From a virus: DNA of 64,000 bases. The position numbers were made by a program, and so were the translations under genes. The notes below the pieces were generated by a model. That model was not told the DNA's origin. It searched no databases and was given only the letters and a program-made list of their open reading frames with translations. Positions within the stretch are counted from its first letter, which is position 1, and the number at the start of each line of letters is the position of its first letter. Below, one piece after another: positions 28,801 through 37,100 of this stretch. The stretch lies in the IMG/VR virus record IMGVR_UViG_3300020281_001713. One strand, written 5' to 3'.

Positions 28801-29224
28801 AATAGGAAGCAACTGGAAATCAATTGCAATCACAGATGATATTCCAACAAATAACAATCAACTTACAAATGGTGCAGGATACCTTACAACTGCAACAGAT
28901 ATACACACATTTACAATGACTACAAATGGATCGGATTACATTTTTGCACAAGATTCAAGATATTTTCCATTAGGTGCAGAAAACGATCCAGTTCTTTATG
29001 TGCGTAGAGGAGAAACTTACCACTTTATTAATAATACAGGAGGTAGCCATCCATTCCAGATAAGAACAAGTAACGGTGGGTCAGCATATAATACAGGAGT
29101 TACTAATAATGGCGCCGCTAGCGGAACTATTGTTTGGACAGTGCCTATGACTGCACCAGCTTCAGTATACTATCAGTGTACTGTTCACAGTAATATGGGT
29201 AACACTATTAATATTGTAACATAA
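25841..29224 (+). CDS. Tail fibre protein with YadA-head-like repeats and a C-terminal cupredoxin-like domain
   Basis: NQ...(S/G)IAIG..AG repeats, GSVxxDDS repeats, SHPF...YYQCTVHSNM; late motif at 25807-25814. Confidence 0.8.
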   Translation: MANRYPLIIDTLDANKIKELQTGDNLNLADNSIVGVQNITALGTIEAAVLTVNGNRIVAQNFLQLSDTPSTYTGNADKFVAVNTAGTGIEFRPLSAFGNVDVSSLDISGNILPVTNNTSNIGSNTLRFAQVWATDVYANIKSFSGTTIFDATTGLIPYAALQGNPTNVSEFINDSGFATTSEVNSLIGNFFGGGGTLTADITGSVFANDSTMLVDGTSGTLVGNIHYPTTGSITAGTKVQLGTTELTSTIEPPTANTGAIGTTTKRFGIGYFQNINASGNITAATFNGTLNGVLIGEHVGSVYGDDSTVLVDGVNSTLRGHHIGDHTGSVFADDSGVVIDGITGTVVGPVNSSDLRSTSPNVRIGLNAGLTNQGTYSIAIGERAGNLNQSADGIAIGYAAGRDDQQTDGIAIGQNAGQVNQGASSVAIGTMVGKTNQHANTIMLSATGAEFNSTQANSFFVKPIREAINDSFLRYNTATGEVTYTSSAAGTFDGDLTGSVYSDNSTLLVDGINARHNFPNNVLADLSDVSNTTPSAGEVLKWDGSQWAPGADATSGGGGTNADTLDGFDSPYFLNWTNFTNTPTTLAGYGITDAIGSLSADTTPSLSGELITGQNRIAFADTGTVSFLDFTVTHLGQNNNTVLSSVKSINFFLDSNGGDSGQAFRIFNNIDPDSTPTETDRIFKVSENGDVNIGNHLIMDQGSIVFEGTSADDHETTLTPGNPTQDNTITLPDASGTIALLSTVPGQLSAQLGAASGSGGGSYDSATGVITFTPADLATINIVTDATPQLGGTLDANGNTINMGTNVITDTKVGNWDTSYGWGNHASAGYLTGITTQSIYELSNVNTTASPTNNQVLTWDSSNSYWSPADPQGGGSIGAFTFTGSVMDTNDSSSITVTPAMTLSSDLTVQNDLVVNNTVRANKLVSTAAGVPKFTSTTNIELNAQGAVIIGSSQLRIKSFTTAERDALTASTGDIIYNTTLSKMQLRIGSNWKSIAITDDIPTNNNQLTNGAGYLTTATDIHTFTMTTNGSDYIFAQDSRYFPLGAENDPVLYVRRGETYHFINNTGGSHPFQIRTSNGGSAYNTGVTNNGAASGTIVWTVPMTAPASVYYQCTVHSNMGNTINIVT

Positions 29225-29235
29225 GGAGAGCTAGT

Positions 29236-29715
29236 ATGGCAACAATCAAGTGCAAAGGTTTAACAGGTGTAGTATTTGATTTGACAGTTACTATGGGTAG
29301 CACCACTATGAATGGGTTGACTGCACTAGCACAAGCTATAGAAGGCCAAGAAATCACTACAACAGAATATGAAGAAATTGTAGCAACTAAAGATCCTTCA
29401 ATTAATCAAACTACTAATGGAAGTATGGATTTACTAGCGGCTGGTTTAGTTGAAGGCGACATGGTACAATGCGTACCATTAGGCAGAACAACTTCTAGAA
29501 CCAAGAGACAACGACAAGAACAAATACTTAAAATTGCAGTAACCAAACGCAAAGGTTTAGCCGCAGGTGATACTAATGCAAATTATTATAGAGCTTTAAA
29601 TACAAAAACGAAAGGCAATCTACCAACACTTTACAAAGCAGGAGATAATCGTACAGCAAACGTAATTGACAATGATAATTCAGGAGGGTTGGTCACAGGT
29701 AGACCTTGGACATAA
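29236..29715 (+). CDS. Protein with an N-terminal ubiquitin-like domain
   Basis: IKCKGLTG..FDLTV...TT...L.A..Q..EG pattern; AAGGAG SD. Confidence 0.6.
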   Translation: MATIKCKGLTGVVFDLTVTMGSTTMNGLTALAQAIEGQEITTTEYEEIVATKDPSINQTTNGSMDLLAAGLVEGDMVQCVPLGRTTSRTKRQRQEQILKIAVTKRKGLAAGDTNANYYRALNTKTKGNLPTLYKAGDNRTANVIDNDNSGGLVTGRPWT

Positions 29716-29718
29716 TAA

Positions 29719-32700
29719 ATGGCTGAAAAAGAATATATTATAAGTCTTAAGCGTGGTGTAGACTATGAAGCTTTTGATAGCGAAATGCAAGAAGGTATTG
29801 GACGCGGGCTTATCAAAGATAGAACTGTAGATGTTGCAAATGCAAGACCGCTATCTCAACGTAACACACACTATATGTTAGAAGAATCAGAAGTTACTGA
29901 ACTTCTCAAAGATGACCGTGTTGCTGATATACAAGAACCTCCAGAAAACAGAGACGATATACAAATTGGTATTAGAGCTACTCAAACAGGAACTTGGCGT
30001 AAGACTTCATCTGTTATAAGCAGTGATCTAAATTGGGGTATGCTTAGAGCTACTTCAAGAGAAGACGTATGGGGTAGCGGAGTAGTTAGTTCAACAAGAC
30101 CTTTTAATTACAATCTAACAGGCAAAGGTGTTGATGTTGTTATTCAAGACTCAGGAATCGATACAGGACATATAGAATTTACTGATGCTAACGGGGTATC
30201 AAGAATAAAACAAATAAATTGGTATGACGAGAGTGGTATTGCCGGTCCACAGTCTGCGAATCATTATAAAGATACTGACGGTCATGGTACACATGTTGCA
30301 AGCACAGTAGCAGGTAGAACTTTAGGCTGGGCCAAGGATGCTCACATATATGCATTAAAGGTAAACGGATTAGAAGGATCAAATGATACTGGAACAGGTT
30401 ATCCTGTTGGAGATTGTTTTGATGTAATTAAAGGTTGGCATAACAATAAACCAATAGACCCTGCAACAGGCTACAAACGTCCTACTATTGTAAACATGAG
30501 TTGGGGATATTCTGGAACCAATACACAAACACCAACAAGTGGTAATTTTAGAGGGGCAAACTGGACATACGGAGATTCAGGATTTGCATCAGATAATAAT
30601 TTAAGAGATAACGCAGGTATATTAACAAAAATATTTACAAGCGGTGGTAATCCAGTTAGGAAATTTAATGCTAGAGTCACTAGTGTAGATACAGATATAC
30701 AAGAACTTATAGATGCTGGTGTGCATGTTTGCATTGCGGCAGGTAATAGTTATTATTACATTGCGGCTGAAAATGATGGTGACTGGGATAATAGAGTTGT
30801 AGTAGGAGGAATAACACGATATTATCACAGAGGAGCAAGTCCTTACGATACGGAAGCATTTATGGTAGGTTCTTTGGATATTACATATACAGGAGGACTA
30901 GAACAAAAAAGTGAATTCAGTTGTTGCGGACCTGGTGTAGACATTTATGCTCCAGGTAATAATATTATGGGAGCTAGTTCAGATGATAACTCAGGCTCAA
31001 ATGATAAAGTCTTAGATGGAGTAACACGAGTAACACATCCTTTAGAGGGCTCACAACATAATATGAAAATTTCAGGGACAAGTATGGCTACTCCTAATGT
31101 ATGTGGCATGCTTGCAACAGTGCTTGAATCATCTCCGGGAATATCTCCTGCAGGATTAAAAACTTGGGCACATTCTAATAGCACTAAAGATTTAATGTAT
31201 CAAGGCACAAAGGATAACTGGGACGATTATGACAGTATTAATTGTGCTGGCAATTCAGATTATGAGTCTAAAGCTATTGTAACAAGCACTGAAATGCGAC
31301 CATTTGCAAAGCATTTAGATGTGAGAGGTTTGCGTTTATGTGCATGGGGAGCAGTAGGTGGACAGCCAGCAGTTACAGATTCATTTTTAGAAAAAACTGC
31401 AAGATTGTATGAAATGCTATTAGACCCAACAGGCACTGATGTTGTTGCTTCCAATCAACAAGCGGCCATTGCAGGTATGAAATCATATAATGTAGCACAA
31501 TTTGTAGGTTACAATCCTAGTGCTAGTTACGATCCTTCCGTTACAGCAGATAACGCAGGAAATTTTTATCTTGGACTAGATTTGATTAAAGATAGATTCC
31601 AAAATGTAGATTACATTTGGGAATATGATGATACAGGAGCAGGATACACAGCTAATACACAAATAATGGAAAGTGTAGAACATGCATTACACACATTAAC
31701 AGTTTATGCTTTACCTGCGGCATTTCCTACTGAATTTGCACAAAATAATCAAACAAGTGATATTTATAATGCTTGTAACGAAGCAGTGAATAATGGAGTT
31801 TTTGACACAAGCAATTATGGTACATGGCCGGGATCAGACACAGAGTTACGTGCATTAATGATGCGTGAATATTACTTCTTACTAACTTTAGGTATGTGGG
31901 AATGGTTTAGTTATGTTGACGGAGGGTCATTAAGTCCAGAATGGAATGACAATAGTAGAACACAATCAGGCGTACAATCTAATAATCCTTTAGGGTATGC
32001 GTTATATAATAATTATGGAAGAAAAGTTATTTCTAAACCTAATGGTTCTATTATGACCAGTATGCATAATGTAAGCGGAGCTTCTGGATGGGCACCTAAT
32101 TCAAATACAAATAGGATTGCATATACTCCCTATGCAACTTCTGATACTTTTAGCACTACAGTATGGCCGAACGCAGTAGCACAGCCAGGCGCCAGCTTCT
32201 TAGAAACCAACAGTATTTTTTCAACATCTTTGTATACTGGAAATGGTGCTACACAAACGATAACCAATGGAATTAATCTTGCTGGTGAAGGTGGATTGGT
32301 TTGGATTAAAGATAGAACTTTGGCAAACGGGCATCGATGGACAGCTACAACTTTTACATCAAGTAATCCAGCATTGTTTGCTATTCAATGTCTAACTACA
32401 AATGGACAACATGATATGCTAGATTACCAAGACGGAATTTCACAATGGAATAGCGACGGCTTTAAATTAGAACAAGTTTCTGGTGTTGGCGGATCAGGCT
32501 TTAATATAAATGGAAATAATTACGCCTCTTGGACATTCCGCAAAGCCCCTAGATTCTTTGATATAGTTTCTTACACCGGAGATACAAATTCACAACAGGT
32601 ATTATCTCATAATTTAGATTCTGATCCAGGAATGGTTATTATAAAATCAACTAATACTAACGGTACTAGTTGGTGGACTTGGCACAGAAGCTTTGGAGCA

Positions 32701-33261
32701 AATACTTCTGCTTCTGGCAAACAAATGGCCTTAGATTCTATAAAAGGAACTAGAGATACTGGCACTACATATTCAGGATCAGCATTTAATTGGACTGCTC
32801 CTAGCGGTGCTTATGTACAAGGTAGTTATTTACAAGGGACTTCAAGGAATAATATTACTGTAGGTTATGAAGCTAATCAAAGTACATGGCAATACGAAGC
32901 CTACCTATTCGCTCACAACGATGGCGACGGCGGATTTGGCACTAATGGTGATCTTGATATTATTAAGTGTGGTAGCTACACTGGTAATAGTTCTGCTGAT
33001 GGTCCAACAGTTGACTTAGGCTGGCAACCACAGTGGGTACTAATAAAAAGGTCTAATAGTGATGTAGGCAATTGGTATATATTTGACTCTGTTAGAGGTG
33101 TAGTTACTGGCGGCAACGATCAGTATCTTAGTGCTAATGCCACAGATATTGATCAAGCGGCATCACTTATAGACTTCACTAATACAGGATTTAAAATTAC
33201 ATCCACAAGTGGTGACATAAATACCGGCACTATGATTTACATGGCAATAAGATCTGCATAA
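29719..33261 (+). CDS. Subtilisin-like S8 peptidase fused to virion-type domains
   Basis: Catalytic IQDSG, HGTHVA and GTSMATP motifs; C-terminal YTGNG...GLVWIK repeats. Confidence 0.88.
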   Translation: MAEKEYIISLKRGVDYEAFDSEMQEGIGRGLIKDRTVDVANARPLSQRNTHYMLEESEVTELLKDDRVADIQEPPENRDDIQIGIRATQTGTWRKTSSVISSDLNWGMLRATSREDVWGSGVVSSTRPFNYNLTGKGVDVVIQDSGIDTGHIEFTDANGVSRIKQINWYDESGIAGPQSANHYKDTDGHGTHVASTVAGRTLGWAKDAHIYALKVNGLEGSNDTGTGYPVGDCFDVIKGWHNNKPIDPATGYKRPTIVNMSWGYSGTNTQTPTSGNFRGANWTYGDSGFASDNNLRDNAGILTKIFTSGGNPVRKFNARVTSVDTDIQELIDAGVHVCIAAGNSYYYIAAENDGDWDNRVVVGGITRYYHRGASPYDTEAFMVGSLDITYTGGLEQKSEFSCCGPGVDIYAPGNNIMGASSDDNSGSNDKVLDGVTRVTHPLEGSQHNMKISGTSMATPNVCGMLATVLESSPGISPAGLKTWAHSNSTKDLMYQGTKDNWDDYDSINCAGNSDYESKAIVTSTEMRPFAKHLDVRGLRLCAWGAVGGQPAVTDSFLEKTARLYEMLLDPTGTDVVASNQQAAIAGMKSYNVAQFVGYNPSASYDPSVTADNAGNFYLGLDLIKDRFQNVDYIWEYDDTGAGYTANTQIMESVEHALHTLTVYALPAAFPTEFAQNNQTSDIYNACNEAVNNGVFDTSNYGTWPGSDTELRALMMREYYFLLTLGMWEWFSYVDGGSLSPEWNDNSRTQSGVQSNNPLGYALYNNYGRKVISKPNGSIMTSMHNVSGASGWAPNSNTNRIAYTPYATSDTFSTTVWPNAVAQPGASFLETNSIFSTSLYTGNGATQTITNGINLAGEGGLVWIKDRTLANGHRWTATTFTSSNPALFAIQCLTTNGQHDMLDYQDGISQWNSDGFKLEQVSGVGGSGFNINGNNYASWTFRKAPRFFDIVSYTGDTNSQQVLSHNLDSDPGMVIIKSTNTNGTSWWTWHRSFGANTSASGKQMALDSIKGTRDTGTTYSGSAFNWTAPSGAYVQGSYLQGTSRNNITVGYEANQSTWQYEAYLFAHNDGDGGFGTNGDLDIIKCGSYTGNSSADGPTVDLGWQPQWVLIKRSNSDVGNWYIFDSVRGVVTGGNDQYLSANATDIDQAASLIDFTNTGFKITSTSGDINTGTMIYMAIRSA

Positions 33262-33283
33262 ATAGTATATAAGGATAAAAGAG

Positions 33284-34081
33284 ATGGCAGTACAACTAAT
33301 TAATATAGGTAATACAGCAAACGACGGAACTGGTGATGATTTAAGAGAAGCATTTGTAAAAGTAAATGCAAATTTTAACGAATTGGACCTACGTGATGAT
33401 GAGCAAACGACAGTAACAAATCTTGGGTCAACTGGTGAAGGATTATTCAAAGAAAGAATTAACTATGATTTAAAATTTAAGAAAATTGTAGGCGGTGCAG
33501 GAATATCATTGACTGTAACAGATGATAATATTACCATTGCAAATGATAAAGTTTACGACCTAACACAAAGCACGGTAACAGGCGACCCATATGTTACAAA
33601 AGAATATGACTTTGCTGACGCTAGAATAAAGTATAACAACGTTTATCAAAACATTGCAGATTTACCAAATCCAAGTACATACCACGGACTATTTGCACAT
33701 GTCCATAGTACAGGAGGCGCTTATTACAGTCACGGTGGTGCATGGATAGAGCTTGCAAATAAATCAGACGCATTAGAGTTATCAGAAGATACTACGCCTG
33801 TGTTAGGAGGCAACTTAGATGCGGCAGGTTATAACATAAGCAATGCAGGCACTATAGCTTCAACAGGATTTACTGGACCATTAACAGGTAATGTAACTGG
33901 CTTAGTAAATGGTGTTGACCCTGCTACCTATAGCAACAGATTTACTGAAATGGACTTTGGTGCATTTTCACAAACTGTAAGTAATATGATAGATTTTCGT
34001 ATTGCACAATCAGATGTAGAGATGGGATCTATCACAGCTGAAGAAGAAGTAGAAGTCGACTTTGGCCCTATTGCCGTATAA
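33284..34081 (+). CDS. Baseplate/fibre protein
   Basis: gp9/gp10-like N-terminus; late motif CATAAATA at 33257-33264. Confidence 0.75.
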   Translation: MAVQLINIGNTANDGTGDDLREAFVKVNANFNELDLRDDEQTTVTNLGSTGEGLFKERINYDLKFKKIVGGAGISLTVTDDNITIANDKVYDLTQSTVTGDPYVTKEYDFADARIKYNNVYQNIADLPNPSTYHGLFAHVHSTGGAYYSHGGAWIELANKSDALELSEDTTPVLGGNLDAAGYNISNAGTIASTGFTGPLTGNVTGLVNGVDPATYSNRFTEMDFGAFSQTVSNMIDFRIAQSDVEMGSITAEEEVEVDFGPIAV

Positions 34082-34115
34082 TCCTATTCCGATAAATACG
34101 TTGTAAGGAAATGAT

Positions 34116-37100
34116 ATGGCTAGATTACAATCTAATACAACGATCACTATAACTAAAACATGGTTTCAACAGCCAAACGGATATACATATCCTATTGCTG
34201 TAAGAGTTCCTAGCCTATCTACTTTAAATAACAAACGTATTCCTGTTGCTATATTATTACATGGAATGGGCGGCACAGGACAAGGTATGCTTAACGAATG
34301 GAATACGTATCTACCTGATCATATACTAATCGCTCCAACTGGATACTTAAATAGTTGGAATGTAGCTCATGAAGAATCTAAAGCACCAGACTTAAGAATG
34401 CTCGAGGATCTAATTGATAATTTAAAAGCATACGAAAATGTAGACGGAACAAAAATCAGATTAGTAGGTTTTAGTAACGGCGCGGCTCTTTGTAATCGGG
34501 CTTATGTGCAATTATCAGATTCATCTGTTGATCAAATAGTTACAGTAGCAACAACATTTTTTAATCCTATGTATAGGAATAATAACTTTTACATACCTGT
34601 TAACGAAGCGTCTACAGGAATAAATGCTTCAAATTACCCAACAATTAAAATACCTTTTAGACCACGTAAATTTGTAAGCTTTCATGGTACTACTGATACA
34701 GGATTTCCATATGCAGGAGGAGCTCATGAGTTTGGGTATACATTTTTATCTGCACAAGCTAGTGCATTTGTCGCGGCTAAAGGGCAAGGATTTACAGGTA
34801 CCCAAATACCTGATCATGTAGGTGCATCTGATATAGGTGGCACTTTCAAATATACATATAACACTCCACACGGAGATGTACTTCACTACAAATATCCAGG
34901 CGGGCATGAAGCAACAGCTTCTGTTAAAACTATTGTGCAAAATAACTTTGTATTTGTACACGACAATCAACCAAGTATGCCTAGTGTAATTAGTGCAGTA
35001 AAATGGAATCCTAATAGACTTAATATTGTAGATGAGGAAGGAACTTATCCTAGTGCAACACAATTTACCTTTAACGGACAAGTAATCACTGCTACGAGTA
35101 ATGGCGATCCGTATCCTGCATTAGCAGGACAAAGTATGACAAACACAGGCGTAAGGGATTTTGGAGTCAATAAAAATGTTATAAAAGCACAAAATTATAA
35201 TTTTAGAATAAAAAATAGAGCCGGAGAAAACACTGCTAATCCAGATAAAATGGAGTTAGGCGGAATGGGAATATTTGCAAATGGAGTACTTGCTACAAGT
35301 CCAAGTGCAGGTGATCATGCTATTCCTGGTACAAACATATTTCCACCTATAGGATTTAATTTTAATGCAGTGCATCTAGGTTCTACATATGGAGTAGACA
35401 ACGGGGGAGGGCATCCTGAAATAAACGGATCTTATCATTACCACAATGGATCTTTTTTATACAATAGTTGGAATACAAATAGGATATATTCTGCTAATGC
35501 TTATTACAACGCTACGGATTTTAACGGAGATAAATTTAGGCATATAGACGGACATAGTAAAATAATTGGATATTGCTTTGACGGTTATCCTATTTATGGA
35601 CCGTACGGATATCAAACAGGAATAGATAACACTACAGCCGTTGTTCAAATGAAATCAAGCTATTTACTACATCCAAATGATGATCATAGACCGGGTGATT
35701 TTAAATATGATAGAGTAGTAGATGTAGAAGGTATAGGACAAGTTACACTGACAGCTGGAAGCTTTTTACAAGACTTTGTATACAAAGGAGGGCACGGTAC
35801 TCTTGATAGGTACAATGGAAGATATGTAAAAACTCCAGATTTTCCAGATGGAACTTATGCATATTTTTTAACATTCGAAGAAACGACAGCAGATACAAGC
35901 ATATCTTCAGTTAAGCCTAGCTATCCTTACATATTTGGTACAGAGACAAAACAAAGCAGAACACTTGTACCTGCAGAAGTAGATCAAAGACTATTACAAG
36001 ATAGGCTTGATATAAATCATTTATGGAATATTCCTACAGGCACAAAACTTACTAATTTAATTGAAAGGAGTGTAGTTGATATTCAACTACCTATTGCAAA
36101 TGGTGTTACACCTACACTTGAACTTATAAGCGGAAGCTTACCTAATGGAACACGTTTAGAAGGAACAAGAGTAGTAGGAACTGTATATGAAGTTGCATAC
36201 GATAAAACTTTTACAGCAGTTATTAGAGCAAATTATAAAGGATCATGGCAGGATCGTACACTTGACTTTGCTGTTACTGGGCCAGATGATCCAGTATGGG
36301 GTACAGCCGCTGGTGATTTACCAGTAGGTCCTAATAATGTTTTTTATGTATTAGACAGTGCTCAAATAAATTTTCAATTAGCGGCAACAGATACAGATTT
36401 AGCGGCAGGCGATGAATTATCATTCTTTATTGCAGATGGAGATGGCACATTACCACCTGGTATATCTATGTCCGAAACAGGATTATTGACAGGTATAACT
36501 GATCCATTATTATCTTTAGACAAAAGATTTGAGTATGGGGGTTATGATTCGCAAGAATATGGTACACTTCCGTTAGACTATGGTACACTGCCTAATAACG
36601 GCTTTTCAAGCTACTTTTATGATAGTCAGAATTATGATTACAGTGAACCTACATCTAATCCAAGAAAGTTAAATAGATATTATCCTTTTGCGGTAACAGT
36701 TACAGACGGTGAATCATTTGTAAGGAGAGAATTTTCAATTTATGTAGTAGGTGATGATTTCTTAAAAGCAGATAACACATTAATGAATGCAAGTACAGGT
36801 GTGTTTAAATCAGACGCAACAAATGTAAGACAACCTACTTGGATTACACCTGGTAATTTAGGATTTCGAAGAGCAAACAATTATCAAACTATTTACTTGG
36901 ACGTTGTTGATAATCCTACATTAGAAGGAAAAATGTTTTATTCATTAGAAGATATAAACAGTGATGGAACACCAAGTATATTACCACCAGGTTTAGTATT
37001 AGATAAGGACTTAGGAGAGCTAGTAGGTAATATTCCTTATCAAGCGGCGATTACACAAGACTATAAGTTTACAGTTCGTGCAACAAGGATGACAAATGAC

